A stretch of 64,000 nucleotides of DNA from a virus. Taxonomy: Duplodnaviria; Caudoviricetes. How positions within the stretch are numbered: position 1 is the stretch's first letter; the number at the start of each line of letters is the position of its first letter. Position numbers and translations under genes: made by a program. The stretch lies in the IMG/VR virus record IMGVR_UViG_3300033463_000032, positions 1 through 64,000 of that record, one strand, 5' to 3'. A model generated the notes under the pieces. It saw only the letters and a list, made by a program, of their open reading frames with translations, ran no database searches and was not told the DNA's origin. Positions 1-9,524 of the stretch are shown here, in pieces.

Positions 1-1113
1 GGTACGAATAGATTTAAGATTCTTACTTCTAGAGATGGTTATACTTATGTTGCCGGAGAAGGAATTGTATTAGGCAATACTGATATTTATATCCTTCTTC
101 TTGAAGAACCTGCTGACTGGTCTACAAATTATACTGATTATTATATTAAGGTTGGTGGTACATATACTGCTAATTCAGATCCTGTTTGGCATACTGATAC
201 TTATTATATTAAAGATACAGTTCCAAATAGTATAGCAGTTCAAGATTATTCTGCTTTGCTCAAAGGTGTTAAGATCAATGGTACTGCTTTGTCACCAGAT
301 TCTAATAATACTGTAAATATCCCTAAAGCTTCTGCTGATGATCTTGGTGTTATTAGGATTGGTGCTGGTCTTAATATTGATGAAGATGGTATTGTTAGTG
401 TTACCGGAGGTGGTGTTACAGAAGTTTTTATTCTTAAGAATACTTCTGCTAATTTTGATACACCTACATTAGATAAGACATATACTGAGATTGTAGATGC
501 TATTAAAGCTGGAATGGTGATTGTTTATGTACCATATAATGATTCACCTATTGATGAGATCTGGACAATTACATATGCAAAATATACAGGTTCTGGAATA
601 GTACTTCAATCAAATACTCACAACTATTCAACAATATGTTCTGCTGAAATAGATATTGGAAGTGATAGTTCAGCATCTGTAACTCTTTCATATACATACA
701 GTTTGCCAGGAGTAACTTCTTCTGATAGTGGTAAATCAGTATTTGTTAATAGTAATGGACAATGGGTAGCATCATATCCTAAGATATCCACATTAAAAGA
801 TGTTGATCTTACATCATTAGCAGATGGTCAGATCCTTAAATATGATATTGCTGATCATAAATGGAAACCTGCTAATGAATCTGGTGGTGGAGGAAGTTCT
901 ACTTTATCCGGACTTACAGATGTTGCGATCTCTTCACCTACTGCTGACCAAATTCTTAGATATGATAGTGTTAGTGGTAAATGGAAGAATAGCAATGAAA
1001 CCAAAGAATTACCTACTGTCACTAGTGCAGATGAAGGGAAATTCTTAACAGTTGATAGTAGCGGTAATTGGGTTGCTACTACTATCAGTGCATGGAATGG
1101 AGGAAACTTCTAA
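1..1113 (+). CDS. Tail fibre/virion structural protein, 5'-truncated (frame open from base 1)
   Basis: Frame of the 256..1113 ORF has no stop back to base 1; fibre-type motifs (LGVIRIGAGLNIDEDG, repeated L.DV....DGQILKYD....W, LP.VTS.D.GK). Confidence 0.75.
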   Translation, partial: GTNRFKILTSRDGYTYVAGEGIVLGNTDIYILLLEEPADWSTNYTDYYIKVGGTYTANSDPVWHTDTYYIKDTVPNSIAVQDYSALLKGVKINGTALSPDSNNTVNIPKASADDLGVIRIGAGLNIDEDGIVSVTGGGVTEVFILKNTSANFDTPTLDKTYTEIVDAIKAGMVIVYVPYNDSPIDEIWTITYAKYTGSGIVLQSNTHNYSTICSAEIDIGSDSSASVTLSYTYSLPGVTSSDSGKSVFVNSNGQWVASYPKISTLKDVDLTSLADGQILKYDIADHKWKPANESGGGGSSTLSGLTDVAISSPTADQILRYDSVSGKWKNSNETKELPTVTSADEGKFLTVDSSGNWVATTISAWNGGNF

Positions 1114-1144
1114 GTAAATATAAAATTTAAAGGAGAACAAATTT

Positions 1145-1378
1145 ATGAAACCAATGGTAGTAATTCCTATTTTAGATGAAAGAAACAAAATCATAGATAT
1201 CGTTGTTGTTGAGACCAATAAACCTTTAGTTGATGTTTGGAAAGAAGTCTATGATATTATTTGGAATAAAGCAGGTAAAGACAAAGAGGTGTTTTCTTTG
1301 TATGATGCAGAGAAATATTTTCCTAGTAACATGAGATTTCTTGATAGAGACGAGTGGGACACAATTCATTTTTATTGA
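1145..1378 (+). CDS. Hypothetical protein
   Basis: AAGGAG RBS, ATG. Confidence 0.7.
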   Translation: MKPMVVIPILDERNKIIDIVVVETNKPLVDVWKEVYDIIWNKAGKDKEVFSLYDAEKYFPSNMRFLDRDEWDTIHFY

Positions 1379-1397
1379 TTATAAAGGAGATTCAACT

Positions 1398-1667
1398 ATG
1401 ATTAGCGTATTAGAGAGTGCTGATGATACACGTTATGATATTTATTTTAAAGCAGACAAATATTGGCGTAATTATGATAAGTTTGTTGATAAAATAGGAG
1501 GTCTTATCCACTTTCAGAGAGGTTCGGATAACTTGGAAGATTCTATAAAGATATGTGATGAACTGAATAACGAATACATTCAGAAAAGAAAATCAAAGGG
1601 TGAAAGAACAAACGGACATTTTGTTGTTTGTTCTTCTAATGGTATTGAGTACGAATCAGAGAGGTAA
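1398..1667 (+). CDS. Hypothetical protein with MISVLES leader
   Basis: AAGGAG RBS before ATG 1398; leader matches the array consensus. Confidence 0.7.
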   Translation: MISVLESADDTRYDIYFKADKYWRNYDKFVDKIGGLIHFQRGSDNLEDSIKICDELNNEYIQKRKSKGERTNGHFVVCSSNGIEYESER

Positions 1668-1709
1668 ATACGTTTCCTACTTTCATAGAATAGACAAGGG
1701 AGAAAGTAT

Positions 1710-3170
1710 ATGTCAGTTAATTTAGTTAATGGCGATACATTAGATTTAGATTTCACAGCGATAGCCAATACGATAAGGACAAAGACAGGGAGTGCAGATA
1801 CCATTCCTTATTCTGTTGGTCATCCTGAAAATATTGTAAATCCGATAAAGACAATGATGGTTATGCCTACAAAGACGGCAAGTGGCTCTTTGCTTACAAT
1901 TTCTGATAGTGCAAACGATGTTCAACTCAAAGAGGGCAAATTCAATATTGACTATAACTCTAATGGTTTATCGTCAATGGCTATTACAAGGTGTAAAAAG
2001 AACTTCTTTAATATTGAAGGTGAAACACTAGGGGCATACCTTCTTTCTGACGGAACAATAAGAAACGACTCTACGGCTGTTTCGTGGAATTTGTCTGACT
2101 ATATTCCTGTTAAGGAAGGCGAAACATATTATTTCAATCCTAACACTACGGCAGGAAGTAGCGCAAAACACGGATATTACGACGCAAGTAAGGAATTTGT
2201 TTCGTCAATAAATAGTGGTGCGTCTTCTTTTACTATTCCTTCGGGTGTTTCGTTTATGCGTTTCTCTTACAGGAACACTTCAACGGATATTCAATTAGAA
2301 CTAGGCTCGACACCTTCAACTTACGAAGCCTATCAAGGCACGACATACCCTGTATCATTCGGTACGACTATTTACGGAGGTTACTTCGAAAGTGAGACAG
2401 GTGTGCTGACTTCGACAAAGGCAAGTGACGGAACAGACCTTGCTACCCCTGTTGAATATCAGTTATCAAAAATTGATATAATGCTGAAATCGGGATTAAA
2501 CAACCTCTTTTGTTCGACAGGCACAAGTGAGGTTGAATACTACACACCCAGTAGTGGTTCTGTAACTCCAATATTCTCTTCAACTGTACTGGTAGATAAT
2601 TCAGCACAGGACACTTCATTCACATTGTCTGATGATTATGAGAACTATGATTTCATAGAGTTTGAGATTACTTCATCAACCCTTGGTACAAAAAGAATTG
2701 TTACTATCCCCGAAGTAATCACAGATGCTTTTACTTACAGTTCAGGCAAGTTTAATCTGAACTTTTGGAATAGCAATAACTACTGTTGCTATTCTCATTC
2801 AGGCAATACTTGGACAAGAACAAATAACAGATACAGTAATATTACCAAAGTAACTGGAATAAAGTGTACCAATGCTACTGTTAGTAAGACAATGATTTTT
2901 GAGAAACAAAGTATATCAGCAACAGGTGGTGTAATTACATCAGCAACTTCTCTGTTTGACTATGACTATCTGTTTTTTGCAACTTGCACAGGTGATGCAA
3001 CGGAAACACAACCTTGCAATACACCTATCTGTATAGGGCAAAAAGAGATAATGGAAGGATGTACGTTTGTAGAAAATAAATACAATCAGTTAAATACCTT
3101 TACCATTACAGAATTTGCTGTTGATACTTGGGTATACTGGTTTATGTGTGTTGGTATTAAGTTTATTTAA
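1710..3170 (+). CDS. Putative tail fibre/receptor-binding protein
   Basis: S/T/G-rich; IANTIRTKTG N-terminus and IQLELGSTPSTYEAY motif typical of Firmicutes phage tail proteins. Confidence 0.65.
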   Translation: MSVNLVNGDTLDLDFTAIANTIRTKTGSADTIPYSVGHPENIVNPIKTMMVMPTKTASGSLLTISDSANDVQLKEGKFNIDYNSNGLSSMAITRCKKNFFNIEGETLGAYLLSDGTIRNDSTAVSWNLSDYIPVKEGETYYFNPNTTAGSSAKHGYYDASKEFVSSINSGASSFTIPSGVSFMRFSYRNTSTDIQLELGSTPSTYEAYQGTTYPVSFGTTIYGGYFESETGVLTSTKASDGTDLATPVEYQLSKIDIMLKSGLNNLFCSTGTSEVEYYTPSSGSVTPIFSSTVLVDNSAQDTSFTLSDDYENYDFIEFEITSSTLGTKRIVTIPEVITDAFTYSSGKFNLNFWNSNNYCCYSHSGNTWTRTNNRYSNITKVTGIKCTNATVSKTMIFEKQSISATGGVITSATSLFDYDYLFFATCTGDATETQPCNTPICIGQKEIMEGCTFVENKYNQLNTFTITEFAVDTWVYWFMCVGIKFI

Positions 3171-3182
3171 AGGAGAAGATAT

Positions 3183-3353
3183 ATGATGAAAGAAAGATTT
3201 GGAACGGCTGAATGGGTTCTTAATGATAACAATGAGTATGTTTGTTCGCAATGTGAAGCAAAGAAAGACTTACAGTATTACATAGATTTCTGTGGGAATT
3301 GTGGAGCAATGATGATGAATGTTGATGAACTTAATGAAGAAAGTGAGGAATAA
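3183..3353 (+). CDS. Small Zn-ribbon protein (CSQC...CGNCG)
   Basis: Read by eye; AAGGAG RBS; below the ORF-track cutoff. Confidence 0.65.
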   Translation: MMKERFGTAEWVLNDNNEYVCSQCEAKKDLQYYIDFCGNCGAMMMNVDELNEESEE

Positions 3354-3355
3354 AA

Positions 3356-3541
3356 GTGGAACGTGAAAAGATGATAGATTATTGGAACTCAAAAGATTTT
3401 GAACTTTCTAAGTGGAACGGAGTAAAATATTGCAATAAATACGGAGCAAAGGGAAATGTTTGTCTTGGTGCTGAATGTTATGGCTATAAAGACTGTATGA
3501 AAAACCAAACTAACATTAATGAAGAAAGTGAGGAAAACTAA
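3356..3541 (+). CDS. Small Cys-rich hypothetical protein
   Basis: GAGG RBS, GTG start. Confidence 0.6.
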   Translation: MEREKMIDYWNSKDFELSKWNGVKYCNKYGAKGNVCLGAECYGYKDCMKNQTNINEESEEN

Positions 3542-3770
3542 AATGAATGATGACATAGAATATATTTGTGATCTTTATTACCCTAATTGTGCAGAGTGTC
3601 CGTTTTATGAAGATTATTGTCCTTATGAAGAAGAGGACTGGTATTAATGAATATGACACTTGAAGAATGGATATTATTGATTTTTACAGTTACAATGGTT
3701 TTAATAATGTTTGCAATCATTTGTACTGATGGATATGATTACCATAAGAAATGAAAGGAGAAGAAAGATT

Positions 3771-4700
3771 ATGGCACAAGTAATAGATAAGGCAGTTGCT
3801 TGGTTAATAGATTTAGCAACTGATAATAGTCATGGATATTCTCAAAGTAATAGATGGGGACCAGATTATGATTGTAGTTCTAGTACAATTCAAGCCTTTC
3901 GTGAAGCTGGACTTAAGTTGGATGGTGCTACATATACTGGAAATATGAAAAATGTTTTTATTAATGAAGGTTTCAAAGCTATTCGATATAGTAAAAATAT
4001 TGTTCCACAAAAAGGAGACATATTTTTAAATGAACTTCATCATGTTGTAGTATATATTGGAGAAGGTAAAGTTGTTACTGCAAGTTCATCAGAAACTGGT
4101 GGAAAAACTGGCAAAACTGGAGATCAAACTGGAAAAGAAATATATATTAGAGATTTTTATATTCCAAAGAATTATATGTGGGATTACATTCTTCGCTATG
4201 TAGAAGATGAAGATATATCTACAAGTAATCCGTATAAAGAACCTACATCTTTATTAAGTATTGGTTCTACCGGAGTTGGCTGCTATTGGTTACAATGGGA
4301 ACTTAATGAAGCTGGTGCTTCATTACAACTGGATGGAGATTTTGGAAAACTTACGAAACAATCTCTTATGGACTTCCAAAAGGCAGTAGGTATTGAGGTA
4401 GACGGAATTCTTGGTCCAATATCCAGACAGAAATTAAAAGAAAATAAGTCTAAGGTTATTGGTGTTAAGCCAAAGAATCCATATAGTCATAACAATAAAC
4501 TGATCTTAAAAAAAGGTTCTAAGAATGAATCAGTAAAGTGGTTACAATGGGAACTTAACCAGAGAGGTAATTATGGACTTGCTATAGATGGTTCATTTGG
4601 TCCAGCTACATCTAAAGCACTTGCAGACTGGCAGAGTAAAAATGGACTGGTTGCTGATTCTATTTGTGGACCAAAGACATTTGCTAAACTAGAAAACTAA
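3771..4700 (+). CDS. Endolysin: NlpC/P60-type amidase plus two PG-binding domains
   Basis: GYSQ..RWGPDYDCSS catalytic Cys, HVVVY His; two WLQWELN...DG.FG..T PG_binding_1 repeats; RBS before ATG 3771. Confidence 0.9.
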   Translation: MAQVIDKAVAWLIDLATDNSHGYSQSNRWGPDYDCSSSTIQAFREAGLKLDGATYTGNMKNVFINEGFKAIRYSKNIVPQKGDIFLNELHHVVVYIGEGKVVTASSSETGGKTGKTGDQTGKEIYIRDFYIPKNYMWDYILRYVEDEDISTSNPYKEPTSLLSIGSTGVGCYWLQWELNEAGASLQLDGDFGKLTKQSLMDFQKAVGIEVDGILGPISRQKLKENKSKVIGVKPKNPYSHNNKLILKKGSKNESVKWLQWELNQRGNYGLAIDGSFGPATSKALADWQSKNGLVADSICGPKTFAKLEN

Positions 4701-4704
4701 TATT

Positions 4705-5184
4705 ATGAAACTAACTTTATTAGAAGAACAAAGACAACAAAAAATATTAGAGTTAGTAGAATCTGAATTTGGTACTGAAACATTACCATTTAGAGGTATA
4801 ACTTATATTATGCCAGATGGTAAGTTTTTGGATTTAAGACATTATACACATCATTCAGATGTAGAGAAGTTTCTTATAGATCAAGGATTATCTGAGTATG
4901 AATATAAAATAAACCAGGGTAGCCAGACAATGTTTGATCTGGGTTGTATAAGATGTGATACTACTAAATGGTATCTTGTATTACCGGAGAAACAACTTAC
5001 ATCTGAACAGTATAATTCTTTATTAGTATGGTTAGATCAGATTACCGGATATATTGAAGTTAATACATCTGATGGTCAGTCTAAGAAATATAATAGAAAA
5101 GATACCATATCTGATGATATTATAGATAAGATCAGAAGGTATTATATATTTGGTACATTGTATGAAAATAAGAAAGTGAGGTAA
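4705..5184 (+). CDS. Hypothetical protein (MKLTLLEE leader, YIMPDGKFLD motif)
   Basis: ORF track. Confidence 0.7.
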   Translation: MKLTLLEEQRQQKILELVESEFGTETLPFRGITYIMPDGKFLDLRHYTHHSDVEKFLIDQGLSEYEYKINQGSQTMFDLGCIRCDTTKWYLVLPEKQLTSEQYNSLLVWLDQITGYIEVNTSDGQSKKYNRKDTISDDIIDKIRRYYIFGTLYENKKVR

Positions 5185-5190
5185 TAAAAT

Positions 5191-6063
5191 ATTTGTAATG
5201 TAAAACCTTTTGGTTATGTTTATATAACAACCAATCTTATTGATGATAAAAAGTACATTGGACAACATGCTTTTTCTGAATTTAATGAAAATTATAAGGG
5301 TTCAGGAGTTTATTTACAAAAAGCAATCAAGAAATATGGAAAAGAAAATTTTAATGTGAAAGTTTTAGAGTGGTGTTATAATCAAAAGGAACTTGATGAA
5401 AGAGAAGTGTATTGGATTGATTTTTACCAAGCAGTAGAATCAGATACTTTTTATAATCTTGCTAAAGGTGGTGATGGTTGTAAAAAAGGCAGCAAATTAT
5501 CAGAAGAAGCCAAAAAACACATTTCAGAAGCACATCAAGATCCTAAACATAATATGTACGGAAAACATCATACGGCAGATGCAAAATTGAAAATGTCTAA
5601 AGCAAGAAAAGGAAAAAGACTTTCTGAGGAACACAAACTGCATTTGTCTTTTGCTTTGAAGAAAAGAAACATAAAACCATGGTTAGGGAAACACCATACA
5701 GAAGAAACTAAACAGAAACTGTCAAAAGTGTTAAAAGGGAGAACTTTTACAGAAGAACATAAAAAGAACATTTCTAAAAATCATGCAGATGTTTCTGGCT
5801 CTAAAAATCCTATGTATGGGGTTCATTTAAAAGGTGAGCTTAGTCATATGTATGGGAAACATCATTCTGAGGAAACAAAAAGGAAACTGTCTAAAACCCT
5901 AAGTGATGGGAGAAAAGCAGGAAAAAATCATCCCTTATATGGCAAAAAGTGGATAAATAATGGTATTGAAAACAAAGTAGTTTATGAATCTGAATTAAAT
6001 AAGTATTTGTCTTGTGGATGGAGAAAAGGTCAAATACATTATAAATGTTTGAAAGTGAGGTAA
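5191..6063 (+). CDS. Free-standing GIY-YIG homing endonuclease with NUMOD3 repeats; probable ATT start
   Basis: GYVYITTN...YIGQH lies in frame upstream of the tracked GTG 5356; GKHHSEETK repeats. Confidence 0.85.
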   Translation: MCNVKPFGYVYITTNLIDDKKYIGQHAFSEFNENYKGSGVYLQKAIKKYGKENFNVKVLEWCYNQKELDEREVYWIDFYQAVESDTFYNLAKGGDGCKKGSKLSEEAKKHISEAHQDPKHNMYGKHHTADAKLKMSKARKGKRLSEEHKLHLSFALKKRNIKPWLGKHHTEETKQKLSKVLKGRTFTEEHKKNISKNHADVSGSKNPMYGVHLKGELSHMYGKHHSEETKRKLSKTLSDGRKAGKNHPLYGKKWINNGIENKVVYESELNKYLSCGWRKGQIHYKCLKVR

Positions 6064-6069
6064 AACAAT

Positions 6070-6318
6070 ATGATTTTTAAGAATTCTAAAGTTTATGACA
6101 CTCTTAAGTGGATTGGTGGTGTAGTTCTTCCAGCACTTGCTACTCTTTGGTTAGGTTTAGCAAAACTTTGGGGATTTCCATATTCTTATGAGATTGCTGG
6201 AACAATAACTCTTGTTGATGCATTTCTTGGTGCCCTTCTTGGTATTAGTTCTATTACTTATGCTAAAGCAAATATAGAAACTAAATCTGATGATAATAGA
6301 AAAGTTCTTAATGAATAA
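6070..6318 (+). CDS. Holin (Dp-1-like)
   Basis: SKVYDTLKWI..VVLPALATL...GTIT.VDAFLGALLGISS; two TM helices. Confidence 0.85.
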   Translation: MIFKNSKVYDTLKWIGGVVLPALATLWLGLAKLWGFPYSYEIAGTITLVDAFLGALLGISSITYAKANIETKSDDNRKVLNE

Positions 6319-6320
6319 TT

Positions 6321-6602
6321 ATGATTAAAAGAATTAAGTTAAACAGATGCCAAGTTGTCACTATAGATGATATTCATAACACATTAATTACTGCCAGACA
6401 GGGATATGATTTTTGTAAGTATACCCTGTATGATGGTACGTTTTTGTCTGTAGAATTTCATAGAGATCAAACTTGTGAACTGGTAACTAATTCCAGAGAT
6501 ATGCTGCTTATCCGGGAAATGGAAGTAATAAGAAGATTACCATATAGAATTGATACTTTAGAAAAGTGGCTTTTCAGATGGATAGTAAAATTAAATAGGT
6601 GA
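6321..6602 (+). CDS. Hypothetical protein
   Basis: ORF track, closely coupled to the holin. Confidence 0.6.
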   Translation: MIKRIKLNRCQVVTIDDIHNTLITARQGYDFCKYTLYDGTFLSVEFHRDQTCELVTNSRDMLLIREMEVIRRLPYRIDTLEKWLFRWIVKLNR

Positions 6603-6606
6603 TACT

Positions 6607-7005
6607 ATGAAAGTTTTTATTGAAACTGATTTCAAAGAACACTACAAATTGGATATTAATATTACATATGTGCTTAAAACTAACCAGAATAGCCATAATT
6701 TGCGTTTGCCTACTTCTGTGTTTGATGATATTGGTTATGCATTAGAAAGCGTTCTGGAGCAAAATAAGAAGGAAATATGCAAAGATCTGAAAGTAAAAGA
6801 CTTTGATGTTTCTTTTTCCTCTTATGATCATAAGACTGATGTAATAAGTTTTGAAGTTTCTTTTGCTGAAAAGATCATAGGAAAATACTTTACAGATATG
6901 GTATCTAAACTTCTGGATGGTTGGGAATCTGAATTACAATACAATAACAAATCTGTTACATATATTGTCAAAGACGTTAATGCTATGCTAAGATATGTAG
7001 GCTAA
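6607..7005 (+). CDS. Hypothetical protein (MKVFIE leader)
   Basis: AGGTG RBS. Confidence 0.65.
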   Translation: MKVFIETDFKEHYKLDINITYVLKTNQNSHNLRLPTSVFDDIGYALESVLEQNKKEICKDLKVKDFDVSFSSYDHKTDVISFEVSFAEKIIGKYFTDMVSKLLDGWESELQYNNKSVTYIVKDVNAMLRYVG

Positions 7006-7031
7006 ATCAATTTTTATGAGGTGAATAGTCT

Positions 7032-7679
7032 ATGAATAAAACTTTTAGTATAGTTACATCTATTATTCTTTGTATATTTCTTTTAGGTTCTGTTTGCTAT
7101 GCAGATGAAACCACTTGGGAAGATATGACAGAAGAAGAACAATATAATGCATCTATGGAAGAACAAGCAGAAGCAGTTGATCTATCCGTAACTGAATTTG
7201 AATTCTTTGCAAGAGTTGTCCAAGCAGAATGTGACGGGACCTTAGATTATAATGATGGTAAACTTTATGTTGCTGCTTGTATCTGGGATCGAGTATTTAG
7301 TCCTAGTTGGCCAGATACAGTTACTGGTGTTTTAACACAATCCGGTCAATTTTCCACAGTATCTGGTGGTTGGTGTTCTTCAAAATATACAACTGCTAGT
7401 AGATGGGCAGTAATAAAAGCTAAGGAAGCGGTTCTTAAAGGTGAAGTTCCCCAAAATGTCATCTTCTTCAATTGCATTAGTTACAATGGTAATACTCCTT
7501 ATGGAGTGATCGGTGATAATTATTTTATGACTGTAGGTAATCCTACTTATTTTGATAATGCTTGTGCAGTTGCATTAGAAGATGGTTCATTCAGAATAAG
7601 AGAAACTTGTAATTTAACCATTATAAAAGAACTGGAATTGATGAAACATAGGAGAGGAGCTTGTGATATCAATGACTAA
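7032..7679 (+). CDS. SleB-like cell wall hydrolase (Hydrolase_2) with signal peptide
   Basis: ARVVQAE catalytic Glu, RV.SP.WPDTV..VLTQSGQFS. Confidence 0.85.
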   Translation: MNKTFSIVTSIILCIFLLGSVCYADETTWEDMTEEEQYNASMEEQAEAVDLSVTEFEFFARVVQAECDGTLDYNDGKLYVAACIWDRVFSPSWPDTVTGVLTQSGQFSTVSGGWCSSKYTTASRWAVIKAKEAVLKGEVPQNVIFFNCISYNGNTPYGVIGDNYFMTVGNPTYFDNACAVALEDGSFRIRETCNLTIIKELELMKHRRGACDIND

Positions 7680-7838
7680 TGTTACTAATGGCAATATGCT
7701 TAACAAAGCTCTTAGAGAGCATGACAAAGAACTTGAAGAATATATGAAGTGTTTATTTGAAGAATGGTGTAAAGAAAATAAAGAATCCAAGTATTCCAAT
7801 TCTTCAATGAGATACTGGAAATCTTTGAGGTATAACGG

Positions 7839-8120
7839 ATGATCAGACAGGAAAAGTGTGAAAAATGCGGAAAAGATAGTGTAACACTTTATGGTATGGA
7901 TAATGGTGAATTTTATTGTAAGGAGTGTGCTAATATTCCAAAAGAAATTGTACCATTAATAGATAGAGAAGAAGCTGTTTGGAAGATAAAATCATTTCTT
8001 ACTTCAAATCCTGATCTATTGCATTTTGATAAACTAGTGAATGAATTCTTTGAAAAAGAAAAACCATTTGAATTTAGAATTGAACTTACATCTAATGATA
8101 ATGGAACTGTTATTTGCTGA
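7839..8120 (+). CDS. Zn-finger hypothetical protein
   Basis: CEKC...CKEC. Confidence 0.6.
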   Translation: MIRQEKCEKCGKDSVTLYGMDNGEFYCKECANIPKEIVPLIDREEAVWKIKSFLTSNPDLLHFDKLVNEFFEKEKPFEFRIELTSNDNGTVIC

Positions 8121-8156
8121 TTTTTTTTTATAGATGAAAGAAAGGAACCACCATCT

Positions 8157-8438
8157 ATGGAATTTAGACCTTTAAAGGGAAATGCTATTGTTAAGTTAGC
8201 AAATGATATTAACAAAACTACTTCCGGTATACTTGTTAAAAGTTCTCAAACTGAAATTTGGGAAATTGTAGCATTACCAAAAGAACTTCCAGAATATCTC
8301 CAAGAACTTAAAGTAGGATCTAAGATATTAATCTGGAAGGGTTGGAAGGGTTTTGTTGTTAAGAAAGTAATAGAAGATGATAAGCAAATAGAATATATCT
8401 GTATGGACCTTCCTGATATTGCTGCTATTGTAGAATGA
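8157..8438 (+). CDS. GroES-like co-chaperonin (functional analogue of T4 gp31)
   Basis: FRPL.GN.IV......KTTSGILV, LKVGSKI, DIAAIVE C-terminus. Confidence 0.8.
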   Translation: MEFRPLKGNAIVKLANDINKTTSGILVKSSQTEIWEIVALPKELPEYLQELKVGSKILIWKGWKGFVVKKVIEDDKQIEYICMDLPDIAAIVE

Positions 8439-8496
8439 AATCTAAATTTCTTCTTTTGTGTTATAGAATATGAGAACACAATAAGGAGCAAAAGAA

Positions 8497-8820
8497 ATGA
8501 TCATTATAAATTCAAAACAAAAAGAACCATTAATCCTTGCAGGTTCAGAAGAGGATCTTTATTTTGAAGTTTGCTTAATCTTGTATGCATATGGAACTAG
8601 AATTTCTCCTAACGCAAAAGAAATTAATAATACAGACACTAATAGTAATAAGTTTATTGATCTTTGGTTGGAAACTATTAATCCACTTATTGCTGAGGCT
8701 GTTTTGTTGGCTATTGAAGAAAGAGAACCCAGTAATCATATGGATGGAAGTATGTCAGTTGATTTTTCCGGTCTTAACGAAGTGTTAAAAAAATTAAAAG
8801 AAGATGAGTCAGATTCTTGA
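8497..8820 (+). CDS. Hypothetical protein
   Basis: AAGGAG RBS. Confidence 0.65.
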   Translation: MIIINSKQKEPLILAGSEEDLYFEVCLILYAYGTRISPNAKEINNTDTNSNKFIDLWLETINPLIAEAVLLAIEEREPSNHMDGSMSVDFSGLNEVLKKLKEDESDS

Positions 8821-8893
8821 CATAAAAACAATGTATTTGATATATTTTCTTTCTTGACTTGTGTAAGATATGGTCAGTTCAAATGAAAGGAGA

Positions 8894-9247
8894 ATGTTTT
8901 ATATGATTCATTGTGAAACTAATCCTAATGATCCTACTAAGATCATTACAGACATTCAAGGTACTGGTTCAGATATAGACCAGGAAATGGTACATCTTCT
9001 TTTTTCTTATATCTGTCACAAAACAGAATTTTTAGAAGAAAAGTCTCTTATGTCATTGATAACAGATCATTCTTCTGGAAAGTATAAGGGTAATGGTGGA
9101 TATTTGGCTTTCATACATGATGTAATCGGTATCATAAAACCTATTACAGATGATGTGGGAATTGAAACTGTGAAGTTGGCCGTTGATCCTTCTACTGCTA
9201 ATTGTTATTCTGAGTTAATCAGACAGCCGGAAAACTTTGATATGTAA
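8894..9247 (+). CDS. Hypothetical protein
   Basis: AAAGGAG RBS; sigma70-like TTGACA near 8817. Confidence 0.6.
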   Translation: MFYMIHCETNPNDPTKIITDIQGTGSDIDQEMVHLLFSYICHKTEFLEEKSLMSLITDHSSGKYKGNGGYLAFIHDVIGIIKPITDDVGIETVKLAVDPSTANCYSELIRQPENFDM

Positions 9248-9260
9248 CAAAAATAAAATA

Positions 9261-9500
9261 GTGATGCTTACAGCAATTTATGTCGAAAAGTTTTTGGGTA
9301 CTGACTATAGCATCATGAATAAATAAAAACTTAATATGTGACTCTAACAGCAATCATTATTCATTATTGAAAATTTGATCTGCAAAAATCGAATCTAAAT
9401 GAGTCATGAATAAGTAAAAAATAATATGTGACTTTGACAGCAATATGCTTTTTTTTTGTAACACCTAAGCCATTATTTTAGGTTTAACACATAAAGTCAT
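9261..9500 (+). repeat. Three tandem stem-ACAGCAAT-variable loop-stem units (putative ncRNA array)
   Basis: Units 9261-9316, 9338-9407, 9428-9500; covarying closing stems TGATGCT/AGCATCA, TGACTC/GAGTCA, TGACTTT/AAAGTCA; similar A-rich spacers. Confidence 0.8.
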
Positions 9501-9524
9501 GACATTATTGAAAGGAGAACAAAA

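Noticed and set aside
3331-3534. 19-bp direct repeat TTAATGAAGAAAGTGAGGA as an att site
   Set aside because: Explained by reuse of a gene-end/RBS sequence in adjacent small genes; no integrase nearby
9261-9500. CRISPR array
   Set aside because: Units are covarying stems enclosing the variable part, not identical direct repeats; no cas genes in the window
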